Counted from the stretch's first letter, positions 18,753 to 28,278 are shown. The stretch is DNA of 64,000 nt from an uncultured Acidobacteriota bacterium (GCA_963721715.1 CAVRKI010000004.1:1354500-1418499); one strand, 5' to 3'. The notes: a model not told the origin generated them from the letters alone. Translations and numbers: made by a program.

Positions 18753-20333
18753 GTGTCACGACGCCTTTTTGCACTCTCGTTCATGGCTGCGCTGGCCGTG
18801 GCCGCGCACCCCGCGGCGCAGCCTGGCGCCGCTTTCGACATCCTCATCCGAAACGGGCTCCTGGTGGACGGCACTGGTGCGGCGGGTGTGGTCACCAGCG
18901 TCGGCATCCGCGGCGGACGGATCGCCGAGATTGGCGCGCTGGCCGGAGCGGCTGCGCGAGAGACGATCGACGCCAGGGGGCTGGTGATCGCGCCCGGCTT
19001 CATCGACGTGCACACACACGTGGACGAGATTGCCACCCAGCCCGCCATCCCCCACTTCGTCCGCATGGGTGTGACCACCGTGATCGCCGGCAACTGCGGC
19101 GGGTCGGCGGTTGACGTCGCGAAAGGGTTGGCCGAGGTGGGGGCCGCGAAGCCGGCGATCAACTACGCCACGCTGGTCGGCCACAACACCGTTCGCCGCG
19201 AGGTGATGGGCACCGCCAATCGTCAGGCCACGCCGGCGGAGCTGACGAAGATGGAGGCATTGGTGGATCAGGCCATGCGCGACGGCGCGGTCGGCTTCTC
19301 CACCGGCCTGCAGTACGTGCCAGGCACGTATGCCGAAACCGGCGAGATCGTGGCGCTGGCGCGTGCCGCGGCAAAGCGGGGCGGCGTCTACGCCACGCAC
19401 ATGCGCAACGAGGGGACGACGATCGAAGAAGCCGTCGGCGAGGCCATCAACATCGCGGAACAGGCGCAGTGCCCGCTGGAGATTTCACACCTGAAGGTGG
19501 ACGCGCCGAGCCGATGGGGCGCGAGCGCGAAGGCGCTGGCGATGATCGACGCGGCGCGGGCGCGCGGGCTGCGCGTGAACGCCGACCAGTATCTCTACGA
19601 CGCCGCCAGCTCGAATCTCGGCATCCGCTTCCCCTCGTGGGTGCTGGAAGGCGGCCAGGAGCAGATCAACGCGCGGCTGGACGACGACGCGACGTGGGCG
19701 AAGATCCGGGCTGAGATGCGGGAACTGATTCGCGAACGCGGCCTCGAGGACTACAACTTCGCACGGATCGCCGAGTACCGCACCGATCGCTCACTGAACG
19801 GGCTGACGATTCCGCAGGCGTCGCAGAAAGCGCTGGGCGCGGCCGATCTCGCGACGCAGCAGGAGATGATGCGGAAGATGCTGCGCGCCGGCGGGGCGTC
19901 GATGGTCTATCACTTCATGTCGGACGATGACCTCACGCGCATCCTCAAGCACCCGATGGTGTCGATCGCCTCGGACTCGGGGCTGAACACCTTCGGCGAG
20001 GGCGTGCCCCACCCGCGCGGCTATGGCAACGCGGTGCGCGTGCTGGGACGATATGTGCGGGAGCAGAAGGTAATCACGCTGGAGGAGGCGATTCGGAAGA
20101 TGACGTCACTCCCGGCGGATCAGTTCTCGTTCGCGGATCGTGGCAGGGTGGCGGCGGGCACGGCCGCCGACGTCGTGGTGTTCGATGCGGGCACGGTGGG
20201 CGATCGCGCCACCTATGCTGAGCCGCATCAGTATCCGACTGGCATCGTCCACGTGCTGGTGAACGGCGTCCTCGTCGTCCGCGACGGGACGCAGACCGGC
20301 GCCCGCCCCGGCCAGGTCCTGCGCCACCGCTAG
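18753..20333 (+). CDS. N-acyl-D-amino-acid deacylase (D-aminoacylase), exported
   Basis: PGFIDVHTH, GNCG, THMRNEG, ISHLK, IASD, PHPRGYG, EEAIRKMTSLPA. Confidence 0.92.
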   Translation: MSRRLFALSFMAALAVAAHPAAQPGAAFDILIRNGLLVDGTGAAGVVTSVGIRGGRIAEIGALAGAAARETIDARGLVIAPGFIDVHTHVDEIATQPAIPHFVRMGVTTVIAGNCGGSAVDVAKGLAEVGAAKPAINYATLVGHNTVRREVMGTANRQATPAELTKMEALVDQAMRDGAVGFSTGLQYVPGTYAETGEIVALARAAAKRGGVYATHMRNEGTTIEEAVGEAINIAEQAQCPLEISHLKVDAPSRWGASAKALAMIDAARARGLRVNADQYLYDAASSNLGIRFPSWVLEGGQEQINARLDDDATWAKIRAEMRELIRERGLEDYNFARIAEYRTDRSLNGLTIPQASQKALGAADLATQQEMMRKMLRAGGASMVYHFMSDDDLTRILKHPMVSIASDSGLNTFGEGVPHPRGYGNAVRVLGRYVREQKVITLEEAIRKMTSLPADQFSFADRGRVAAGTAADVVVFDAGTVGDRATYAEPHQYPTGIVHVLVNGVLVVRDGTQTGARPGQVLRHR

Positions 20334-20419
20334 GGCCTGGCACGATCGCCCGAAATTTGCGGCGGTTTCTGCCACGGTGGCAGAAACGCCGTCATTTCGG
20401 GAGGTATCGTGCCAGGCCC
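20333..20419. repeat. 87-bp near-perfect palindrome (REP/MITE-like) between convergent genes
   Basis: GGGCCTGGCACGAT..CCCGAAAT..GTTTCTGCCAC-G-GTGGCAGAAAC..ATTTCGGG..ATCGTGCCAGGCCC. Confidence 0.8.
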
Positions 20420-20424
20420 CACCC

Positions 20425-20745
20425 TCAAGCGCCGGGGGCGCGGTACTTGCCGGTCTTCTTCGCCGCGGCATCGACGTCCGCCGCCGAAAGGAGCGGTATC
20501 GTCGTCGCGGTCACCAGACCCGATGCGTTCACGGCCATCACCCCGGCGAGCGCGCTCGGGACGTCCGGGAAGTCGCAGATGACGATGGCATCGGCATCCC
20601 CGTGCGCGAAGTAGAACGCTTCGACCTTGCCACCGAGTGACTTGACGAGCGCGCGGGCCGCGGCCTCGCGCTTGCTGCCGCCTTCCTTCATGACGCCGCG
20701 AACGCCTTCCGCGTTGTAGCTGGCCTTGAGCAGATACTTCGGCAT
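20425..20745 (-). CDS. GYD domain-containing protein
   Basis: MPKYLLKASY..GG..REAAARALVKSLGGKVEAFYFAHGDADA; GGAGG upstream. Confidence 0.88.
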   Translation of the reverse strand: MPKYLLKASYNAEGVRGVMKEGGSKREAAARALVKSLGGKVEAFYFAHGDADAIVICDFPDVPSALAGVMAVNASGLVTATTIPLLSAADVDAAAKKTGKYRAPGA

Positions 20746-20837
20746 GGAACCTCCTGAGGGGTGAGAACGCCGCCGGAACGATCGCGTGAGGCAGAACGGC
20801 CCAACCCGCACGCGGAGCCTCAGCAGTATAGATGTGG

Positions 20838-21698
20838 TCAGCCAGGAGATCGCGGAATTCGCGGGGTTCTCGATTCCAGCCACGCGAAGGCAGGCAGATG
20901 CTGGCCGACCTCGCCGGCCCTGGCAGCATGGTCCAGCACCTGCGCCGGCGTCCACCCCGCCGCCCGCAACTGACAGACGCCGGTCGCGCCATCGGACTTG
21001 CTCAACTTCTCGCCTGGCGACTTCATGACGAGCCGATGGTGTGCGAAACGCGGCGGCTGGCCGCGGCCGAGCGACCGCGCCAGCTGAATCTGCCGTCCCG
21101 TGGACGCCAGCAGGTCCCGGCCGCGGATGATATCGGTGATGCCCTGCTCCATGTCGTCCACCACCACGGCGAACTGATACGTCCAGTTCCCCAGTCGGTC
21201 GCGGATCAGCAGATCCCCGCATTGCGCCGCGGGCTCCTGGGACTGCGGTCCGAGCAGGCGATCATCGAAGTGTTCCACCCTGGACTCCAACCGCATGCGC
21301 CACCCCAGCCCGGGTTCCAGCCCGAGACCCCGATGCCGGCAGGTGTTTGGATACCGCCGCTCGCCGTCGGGCCCCGCTGGCACCTGCAGCAAATCGGCGC
21401 GCGTGCACGCGCAGCCGTACAGCAGGCCCTGCCGCACCAGCGTATCGAGCGCGGCCCGGTACACGGCGTCGCGGTCACTCTGTTTCACCACCGGACCGTC
21501 AGCCTCGAACCCGAGCCAGGCCAGGTCCTCCAGGATCGCGACCTCGAACTCCGGACGGCTACGTTGCCGGTCGTGATCTTCGAGCCGCAGCCGCACTTGA
21601 CCGCCGTCGGCGTCGGCCAGGCCCCAGACATAGAGCGCGTTGACGACGTGGCCCAGATGAAGATGCCCGGTGGGCGCCGGCGCGAACCTGGTGAGCAC
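20838..21698 (-). CDS. gluQ: Glutamyl-Q tRNA(Asp) synthetase
   Basis: TRFAPAPTGHLHLGH, RLEDHD, YGCACTR, YQFAVVVDD, RGRDL, KLSKS; no anticodon domain. Confidence 0.88.
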   Translation of the reverse strand: MLTRFAPAPTGHLHLGHVVNALYVWGLADADGGQVRLRLEDHDRQRSRPEFEVAILEDLAWLGFEADGPVVKQSDRDAVYRAALDTLVRQGLLYGCACTRADLLQVPAGPDGERRYPNTCRHRGLGLEPGLGWRMRLESRVEHFDDRLLGPQSQEPAAQCGDLLIRDRLGNWTYQFAVVVDDMEQGITDIIRGRDLLASTGRQIQLARSLGRGQPPRFAHHRLVMKSPGEKLSKSDGATGVCQLRAAGWTPAQVLDHAARAGEVGQHLPAFAWLESRTPRIPRSPG

Positions 21699-21737
21699 GC
21701 TGCATGGTGCTACCCGACCCCGCACGGAGGCAAGCGC

Positions 21738-21779
21738 GGGGCCTGGCACGATCCCCCGATTTTTGATGCGATTTCTGCG
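21738..21779. repeat. Second, partial copy of the 20333 palindromic element
   Basis: GGGGCCTGGCACGAT-CCCCCGATTTTTGATGCGATTTCTGCG aligns with the left arm at 20333-20373. Confidence 0.65.
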
Positions 21780-21832
21780 ATCTCATGCGAGAACCTGGCG
21801 CCATGGGTCTGCCCGGGACACTCCGCCGCGTC

Positions 21833-21884
21833 CCCGCTCGATCCCGGGCCCCAACCGCTCGACGCCCCGGGACCGCCGGTCGAC
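21833..21884 (+). promoter_or_regulatory. Three LytTR-type direct repeats with 21-bp period upstream of the LytS operon
   Basis: CCGCTCGA at 21834, CCGCTCGA at 21855, CCGGTCGA at 21876; -10-like TAAACT at 21918. Confidence 0.7.
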
Positions 21885-21932
21885 CGGTCCAGCGGACCTC
21901 CGGCACCTCCTCACCCGTAAACTGATGCAGAC

Positions 21933-23849
21933 ATGACCGTCGTGAGCCTGGTCTTTCTCGTCGTCTGCATCTTCGGCGCCTTCGCCTATGGATCGGCGAC
22001 GCTGATGGCGCTGCGGCAAGCCACCTCGGTCTGGGCGGTGGAGCCGGACGGCCGCCCCTGTCCCCACACGTCGGTCGACGGCGTCAGCCTGACGATGTTC
22101 GTGGCCTGCACCATCTGGTTCGCCTTGAACTCGTGGGCGGAATTCACCTTCATCGTCTTCGATGGGCGGCGGATGACCTTCCCCGAAGTGGCGGTCGTCG
22201 CGCTCGCTTTCGTGTTCCCGCCGCTCATCATGCATCTCGTCTACCGCGAGACGCGGACCGCCGACGACGGCGCCGCGGCGACGCGCGCCTGGCGCTGGCC
22301 GCTGGCCGTGATGTACGTCGCCAGCCCGGCGATCGGGACCGTCGTGCTCGGCAGCGTCTTCGGATGGTGGCCGCGTCCCGTGTCGTTCGGTCGCTTCATC
22401 GGATCCACCCTCGGCGTCCTGTTCACGATCTCCAGCGTCTACTGCACCCTGGTCATGGTGCGGCGGCGGCCCAGGAGGAAGACCCCGACCCAGCGGCGCA
22501 TGAGCAATGCCATGCTCGCGCTGTTCTTCATCGTCACCGTGATCTTCATCGGCGTCGCGCTGCTGAACGAGCGCAGCATCCTGGTCGAGATCTTCGATCG
22601 CGTCACGCGAACCACGCCCATCTTCTTCCTGATCGTGGCGGTGTATTTCGAGAACCGCTTCGAGTTCTACGATCTCGTGATCAAGCGCGGGGTCATGCTC
22701 GTCGCGACCATCGCCGCGCTCGGCCTGGTCTTCGCCGTCCTCCAGCCGGTGATGGACCAGCTGCCGCCCGGCGCCGTCCGGCCCTGGCTGGCCGCCATGC
22801 TGCTGGTGCCGGCGGCGATGGCGCTGCCCTGGCTCGCCCGTTCGCTGTCGAACAGCCTGGATCACCTCTGGTTCGGCCGCGAGTTCACGCCGGTGGAAGC
22901 GGTCAAGCACCTGCTCGGAGCGATGCAGCCGGCGACCAGCGAGGAGACGCTCATCGTCGAGGCCGAGCGCCGCCTCGCCGAGATCTTCAGCACGGTCATC
23001 AGCATCCGACTCGACGATGGCCCGCTCGCCTCCGGGGTGATCAGCGCGGACGCCTCCACGCCGTCCGGGGCGCACGTGCGATTCGTGGTGAGCGGCGATC
23101 CCCTGGGGCGGCGGCTGCTGAGCGAGGACCTGCAGATGCTGCGCTCGCTGGCCGGTGTATTCGGCTTCATGCTCGAGACGACGCGGCTGCAGCAGAAGCG
23201 GCAGGAGCAGGAACTCGTCGCACAGGATCTCCGGCTCCAGACCAGTCGATCCGAGTTGAAGGCTCTGCGGGCCCAGATCAACCCGCACTTCCTGTTCAAC
23301 GCGCTCAACGCCATCGCCTCGCTCATCCACACCAACCCGGGACGTGCCGACGAGGCGGTCGAACAGCTGGCCGAGGTCTTCCGCTACACACTGCGACGAT
23401 CGGATTCGGAATGGGCGCCCCTCGATCAGGAGCTGGCGTTTGCCCGGGCCTACCTGGACGTCGAGCGCGCCCGCTTCGGCCCGCGCCTCACCTGCGCCAT
23501 CGATGCGGACCACCTGACGCCGGTACCGCAGGTGCCCTCGATGCTGCTGCAGACGCTGATCGAGAACGCGGTGAAGCACGGCGTCTCGCAGACCCGCGGG
23601 CCGGGACGGATCGACGTCAGGGTGCGGACCGTCGCCGACCAGGTGACCGTGGAGGTGCGCGACAACGGGCCGGGGCCGGGCGCCACGCACGCGCTGCCGC
23701 GCGACGGCGAGGGCTTCGGCCTGCGCAGCGTCCGCGAACGCCTGGCCGGGCACTTCGGCAGCCGCGCCCGGCTCGAGTTGGTTCGCGACGAGGCCGCCGG
23801 GGTGACGATCGCGCGCATCACCATGCCCATGGTGCGGGTGGCCGCATGA
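21933..23849 (+). CDS. LytS/YehU-family membrane sensor histidine kinase
   Basis: Multi-TM N-terminus; ELKALRAQINPHFLFNALN, LLQTLIENAVKHG, DNGPG, GFGLRSVRERL. Confidence 0.93.
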   Translation: MTVVSLVFLVVCIFGAFAYGSATLMALRQATSVWAVEPDGRPCPHTSVDGVSLTMFVACTIWFALNSWAEFTFIVFDGRRMTFPEVAVVALAFVFPPLIMHLVYRETRTADDGAAATRAWRWPLAVMYVASPAIGTVVLGSVFGWWPRPVSFGRFIGSTLGVLFTISSVYCTLVMVRRRPRRKTPTQRRMSNAMLALFFIVTVIFIGVALLNERSILVEIFDRVTRTTPIFFLIVAVYFENRFEFYDLVIKRGVMLVATIAALGLVFAVLQPVMDQLPPGAVRPWLAAMLLVPAAMALPWLARSLSNSLDHLWFGREFTPVEAVKHLLGAMQPATSEETLIVEAERRLAEIFSTVISIRLDDGPLASGVISADASTPSGAHVRFVVSGDPLGRRLLSEDLQMLRSLAGVFGFMLETTRLQQKRQEQELVAQDLRLQTSRSELKALRAQINPHFLFNALNAIASLIHTNPGRADEAVEQLAEVFRYTLRRSDSEWAPLDQELAFARAYLDVERARFGPRLTCAIDADHLTPVPQVPSMLLQTLIENAVKHGVSQTRGPGRIDVRVRTVADQVTVEVRDNGPGPGATHALPRDGEGFGLRSVRERLAGHFGSRARLELVRDEAAGVTIARITMPMVRVAA

Positions 23850-24949
23850 TCCGCGCAGTCATCGTCGACGACGAGCCGCCCGCACGGGCGCGCCTGCGCC
23901 ACCTGCTGAACGAGGCGGGAGGCGTGTCCGTGGTGGGCGAAGCCGGCAATGCCGACGAGGCGAGGGAACTGGTCCGTGAGCAACGGCCGGACGTGCTGTT
24001 CCTCGACATCGAGATGCCCGAGGTGCGCGGCACCACGCTGGCGGCATCACTGCCGCAGCCGCGACCGTTCGTCGTGTTTGCCACCGCCTACGAGCGTTAC
24101 GCGATGGAGGCGTTCGCCTGCGATGCCACCGACTACCTGCTGAAGCCGGTGAGCCGCGCCAGGCTGGCGTCCACGCTCGAGCGCATCCGCGCACGCCTCG
24201 ACCACCGCAGCGACACCGAGCGCGACGTCGCCACGGCATCCGCGCTGCAGGCCGACATGTGGCCCGGCGCGCTGCCGCCGATTCCCGGCTTCGACTGCGC
24301 GGCGGCATCGCTGCCAGCTGCGGGCGTGGGCGGCGACTTCTACGATGCCTTCGCGGTGCAGGACGACACCTGGGGCCTGCTCATCGGCGACGTCTCGGGC
24401 AAGGGCGTGGCCGCAGGACTGGTCGCCACGGCGGTCCAAGGGCGCGTGCAGACCGCCGCCCGGCATGCGAAGCTGGCGCCGATCGAGCTGGCCGGCGTGT
24501 TGAACGCCGACCTCTTCGCCTCGACTCAGGGCCAGCGCTACGCGACGATGATTTACGGCACGCTCGATGCCACGAGCCGGCGGCTGCGCGTCGTCAACGC
24601 CGGGCACCCCGGGGCCCTGCTGTTCTCGCCCGCCAGTCGCGAACAGGTGGAGCTGACGTCCACCGGTCCGGCGCTCGGCCTGATGGACGTGGCTCGTTTC
24701 ACCTGCACCGACATCAGCGTGCCGGCTGGCAGTATCCTCGTGGCATTCACCGACGGCGTGATCGAGGCGCTCGACGGCCGCGACCTCGAGTTCGGCGCCG
24801 AACGGGTCTCGAGGCTGGTCGATGGCCTTCGGCAGGCACCGGCCGCCACGCTGTGCGCGGCGCTCCTCGACGAGGTCCGTCGCCATCGGGGCGCGCGCCA
24901 GCACCAGGACGATGTCACCGTGCTCGTTGTCAAAGGGACCGACACATGA
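23846..24949 (+). CDS. Receiver domain fused to a SpoIIE/PP2C phosphatase
   Basis: VDDE..FLDIEMP..FATAY..DYLLKP, then VGGDFYD, GDVSGKG, NAGHP, FTDGVIE, QDDVT; ATGA overlap. Confidence 0.9.
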   Translation: MIRAVIVDDEPPARARLRHLLNEAGGVSVVGEAGNADEARELVREQRPDVLFLDIEMPEVRGTTLAASLPQPRPFVVFATAYERYAMEAFACDATDYLLKPVSRARLASTLERIRARLDHRSDTERDVATASALQADMWPGALPPIPGFDCAAASLPAAGVGGDFYDAFAVQDDTWGLLIGDVSGKGVAAGLVATAVQGRVQTAARHAKLAPIELAGVLNADLFASTQGQRYATMIYGTLDATSRRLRVVNAGHPGALLFSPASREQVELTSTGPALGLMDVARFTCTDISVPAGSILVAFTDGVIEALDGRDLEFGAERVSRLVDGLRQAPAATLCAALLDEVRRHRGARQHQDDVTVLVVKGTDT

Positions 24950-25686
24950 TTCGAGCGCTACTCGTGGACGATGAGCAGCCGGCGCGAGAGCGATTGCGCC
25001 AGCTGCTGTCGGCGCACCCCGACGTGGAGATCGCCGGCGAGGCCGAGGACGGCGTGCAGGCGGCGGAGCGCATTGCCGAGGTGGCGCCGGACGTCGTCTT
25101 CCTCGACATCCAGATGCCGGGCGCCTCGGGGCTCGACGTCGCCGCCTCGCTCGGGCGGCCGCGCCCCTTCGTGATCTTCTGCACCGCCTTCGAGCAGTAC
25201 GCGGTGGACGCGTTCGAGCTGTCGGCGACCGACTACCTGCTGAAGCCGGTGAACCGCGCCCGCCTGGCGGCGGCGCTCGACCGCGTGCGGCAGAAGCCGT
25301 CGGTGCGCGATCAGGAGCGCGGGCTCGATGCTTCGACGCGACGCGAGGGCCTGACGCCCACGCGCTTTCTCGCACGGCGAGGCTCCCGCTTCCGCGTGGT
25401 GCCACGCGCCGATGTCGTCGCCTTCACCTTCGACGAGGGGGTCACCCGGCTGCTGACGGCGACTGAACAGCTCTCGATGCAGCCGACACTGGCGGCGCTG
25501 GCCCGTCGGCTGGACGAGGAACACTTCTGCCAGATCTCGCGAACGGTGATCGTGCATCTCAATGGCGTGCGCGAAGCGCGGCCGTTTCCGGATGGCACCG
25601 GCGAAGTGCTGCTCGCCAACGGCCAGACGGTGCCAGTCGCCAGACGCCGATGGAAGATCCTCATGGAGAGGCTCGAGCAAGCTTGA
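24946..25686 (+). CDS. LytTR-family response regulator
   Basis: REC (FLDIQMP, DYLLKP) plus LytTR (FCQISRTVIVHL, VPVARRR); ATGA overlap. Confidence 0.92.
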   Translation: MIRALLVDDEQPARERLRQLLSAHPDVEIAGEAEDGVQAAERIAEVAPDVVFLDIQMPGASGLDVAASLGRPRPFVIFCTAFEQYAVDAFELSATDYLLKPVNRARLAAALDRVRQKPSVRDQERGLDASTRREGLTPTRFLARRGSRFRVVPRADVVAFTFDEGVTRLLTATEQLSMQPTLAALARRLDEEHFCQISRTVIVHLNGVREARPFPDGTGEVLLANGQTVPVARRRWKILMERLEQA

Positions 25687-25694
25687 GGCTTGGG

Positions 25695-25724
25695 TCCTGA
25701 TCCCTGATCCCTGATCCCTGATCC
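25695..25724. repeat. Heptamer tandem repeat (TCCCTGA) about x4
   Basis: TCCTGA TCCCTGA TCCCTGA TCCCTGA TCC. Confidence 0.85.
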
Positions 25725-25738
25725 ACTACAATCCTCGG

Positions 25739-26905
25739 ATGACTCGACGAGAGCTGATGGCGCTGGCCAGCCGGATGGGCGCCGCAGCGGCTTTAGCGCC
25801 GATCGCCCGCACGAGGTCCCTCTTCGCGCAAGCGCCGGGTGCCGACCCGTGGGGCAAGAATGCGCTCACCCGTTTGTCCATGCGCCCGCCGGACTACGAA
25901 ACACCGGTGGCGCTGCTCGACAGCTTCATCACCCCGATCGACAAGTTCTACGTGCGGTCGCACCTGCCGGTACCAACCGCGCTGGAGGCGCCGGCATGGA
26001 CGCTGACGGTCGAGGGCGAGGTCGCGACGCCGCTGTCGCTGAGCGTGGCCGACCTGCGTGCGCTGCCGGCGACGACCGTGACGGTGACCCTGGAGTGTGC
26101 CGGCAACGGCCGCGCGTTCTTCACGCCCGCGGTGGCTGGCATCCAGTGGAAGAAGGGCGCGGTCGGCACCGCACGCTGGACCGGCGCCCGGCTCGGCGAC
26201 ATCCTCAAGAAGGCGGGTGCGAAGAGCACCGCGCGCTTCGTCCACATGCAGGGCGCGGACAAGCCGCTTGGCACGATGCCCGCGTTCGTGCGGCAGGTGC
26301 CGATCGAGAAAGCCATGCACCCGGACACCGTGATTGCGTACGAGATGAACGGTCAGCCCATTCCGCCCGTCCACGGCTTCCCACTGCGCGCGATCGTACC
26401 CGGCTGGGAAGGCGCCTACGCGATGAAGTGGCTGACCACGCTTCGCGTCGCCGAGAAGGAGTCCGACAGCTTCTGGGTCGCCACCGGCTACCGCTATCCC
26501 GTCAGGCGCGTGGCGCCGGGCGCCGCCGTGGACGCCAAAGACCTGGCGCCGCTCACGGGACTGGTCGTGAAGTCGCTCATCACGACGCCGCTCGAGGGAG
26601 CTGCCCTCGTCCCTGGGAAGATTCCCGTCGCCGGATTCGCATGGGCGGGTGAGGTCGACATCAAGTCGGTGGACATCTCCACCGACAGCGGCGCCACCTG
26701 GAAGCCGGCCCGGCTGGTTGGCGAGCAGCAGCGCTACACCTGGCGGCGCTTCGAGTACACGTTCGAAGCCACGCGGCCGGAGTCGTATCTCATCCTCTCG
26801 CGCGCGACCGATGCCAATGGCGCGGTGCAGCCGGCGGTGTCGCACTGGAATCCATCGGGTTATCTGTGGAACCAGTACGACAGCGTGCGGGTGGAGGTGA
26901 AGTAG
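25739..26905 (+). CDS. Sulfite-oxidase-family molybdopterin oxidoreductase (SorA/SoxC-like), Tat-exported
   Basis: MTRRELM Tat signal, FYVRSH, LECAGNGR Mo-ligand Cys, HGFPLRAIVPGW, KWL, RATD dimerisation domain. Confidence 0.92.
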   Translation: MTRRELMALASRMGAAAALAPIARTRSLFAQAPGADPWGKNALTRLSMRPPDYETPVALLDSFITPIDKFYVRSHLPVPTALEAPAWTLTVEGEVATPLSLSVADLRALPATTVTVTLECAGNGRAFFTPAVAGIQWKKGAVGTARWTGARLGDILKKAGAKSTARFVHMQGADKPLGTMPAFVRQVPIEKAMHPDTVIAYEMNGQPIPPVHGFPLRAIVPGWEGAYAMKWLTTLRVAEKESDSFWVATGYRYPVRRVAPGAAVDAKDLAPLTGLVVKSLITTPLEGAALVPGKIPVAGFAWAGEVDIKSVDISTDSGATWKPARLVGEQQRYTWRRFEYTFEATRPESYLILSRATDANGAVQPAVSHWNPSGYLWNQYDSVRVEVK

Positions 26906-27468
26906 TGGTGCGACCAGGCTTGCCGCGCCGAGGCCCGCCCACGGGGGCCGGGCCAGCGAAGGCGGGTGCGAGCGTGCTGCTCCTGCTCCTCGCCACCACT
27001 TTCGGCATCTCGATCTCCGCGCAGTCACCCGCGCCGGCCAGCACCGTCTCCGCACTGCCGGAGGGTCCTGGCGCGGACGTGCTGCGGGCGCGCTGCCTGA
27101 GCTGCCACGGCAGCGATCTCATCGCGTCGCAGAAGCTGAGCGAAGCCGGCTGGGGCCGCGAGCTCGACAAGATGGTGCGCTGGGGCGCCACGGTCAGTGA
27201 GGCCGATCGGCCGACCCTGCTCGGATATCTCAGCACGCATTTCGCGCCGGTCCCGGTCGCCTCGCACGACCGGGTGGCGGAAGGCGAAGCGGTGTTCAAG
27301 CGCGCGTGCCTGATGTGCCATGGCGCTGACCTCACCGAGCAGCAGCGGCTGTCGCCGACGGGCTGGACGCGCGAGGTCGAGAAGATGATGCGATGGGGCG
27401 CGGTCGTCAGCGACGCGGAGAAGCCCGCGCTGGTGGACTTTCTCTCGAGCCGCTTTCCCGTGCGCTGA
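26905..27468 (+). CDS. Diheme cytochrome c with two tandem SorB-like domains
   Basis: CLSCH..W..KMVRWGA and CLMCH..W..KMMRWGA; signal peptide; start approximate. Confidence 0.85.
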   Translation: MVRPGLPRRGPPTGAGPAKAGASVLLLLLATTFGISISAQSPAPASTVSALPEGPGADVLRARCLSCHGSDLIASQKLSEAGWGRELDKMVRWGATVSEADRPTLLGYLSTHFAPVPVASHDRVAEGEAVFKRACLMCHGADLTEQQRLSPTGWTREVEKMMRWGAVVSDAEKPALVDFLSSRFPVR

Positions 27469-27495
27469 GGGCGCCCCCCGGTCGCCGGCACCAGC

Positions 27496-28278
27496 ATGAT
27501 CGACGCGCTCATGACGCTTCTCGTGATGTTCACGCTCCTGTGGCTGGCCTCGTTGTGGCTGACCAACGCGAGCATCGTGGATATGTGGTGGGGCCCGGCG
27601 TTCGTCCTCGCCCTGGCGGTCTACTTGCGGTTCGATCTGCCGGCGCATCCGCGGGGGTGGCTGGTCCTCGGCGCCACGACGCTGTGGGCGCTGCGGCTGG
27701 CCTGGTACATCGGGCAACGGAACGTCGGCCACGGCGAGGACCGGCGCTATCGCGCCTGGCGTGATCAGCACGGACCACGGTGGTGGTGGCGCAGCTACTT
27801 CCAGGTCTTCGTCCTGCAGGCGGTCATCGCCTGCCTGGTATCGAGCCCGCTCTATTTCGCCGCCCGCGGCGAGGCGCCGTTCCCCTCCGCGCTGGACGTC
27901 GTTGGCGCCCTGCTCTTCATCGTCGGACTGCTGTTCGAAAGCGTGGCGGATGCGCAGCTCGCCGCGTTCAAACGCGACCCGGGCAGCCGCGGCCAGGTGA
28001 TGGACCGCGGGCTATGGCGCTACTCCCGTCATCCCAACTACTTCGGCGAGGCGCTGCTCTGGTGGGGCCTTGGGCTGATCGGCGCCAGTGCACCAGGTGG
28101 CTGGCTGGGCCTGGCCGGCCCGGCCTTGATGACGTTCCTGTTGCTCCGCGTCTCTGGCGTCTCTCTGCTCGAGCGTGGGCTGGTGAAGACCCGCCCAGGC
28201 TATGCGGACTACGTTGCCCGCACCTCGGCATTCGTGCCGTGGCCGCCGAGAACCAGGCCGGCCATCGGCCAGCGGTGA
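27496..28278 (+). CDS. DUF1295 (steroid 5-alpha-reductase-like) membrane protein
   Basis: SIVDMWWG, GEDRRY, ADAQL, GLWRYSRHPNYFGE. Confidence 0.9.
   Translation: MIDALMTLLVMFTLLWLASLWLTNASIVDMWWGPAFVLALAVYLRFDLPAHPRGWLVLGATTLWALRLAWYIGQRNVGHGEDRRYRAWRDQHGPRWWWRSYFQVFVLQAVIACLVSSPLYFAARGEAPFPSALDVVGALLFIVGLLFESVADAQLAAFKRDPGSRGQVMDRGLWRYSRHPNYFGEALLWWGLGLIGASAPGGWLGLAGPALMTFLLLRVSGVSLLERGLVKTRPGYADYVARTSAFVPWPPRTRPAIGQR

Noticed and set aside
20338-21760. TGGCAC at 20338 and 21744 as sigma-54 -24 elements
   Set aside because: There is no TTGC at -12, and both belong to the palindromic repeat.
22133-24949. 938-aa ORF read as one giant protein; likewise the extensions of ORFs 24259, 49037, 11985-13181 and 55125-56582
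   Set aside because: The N-terminal parts are Arg/Ala-rich off-frame readings of the upstream gene. Real starts lie at internal start codons, often ATGA overlaps.
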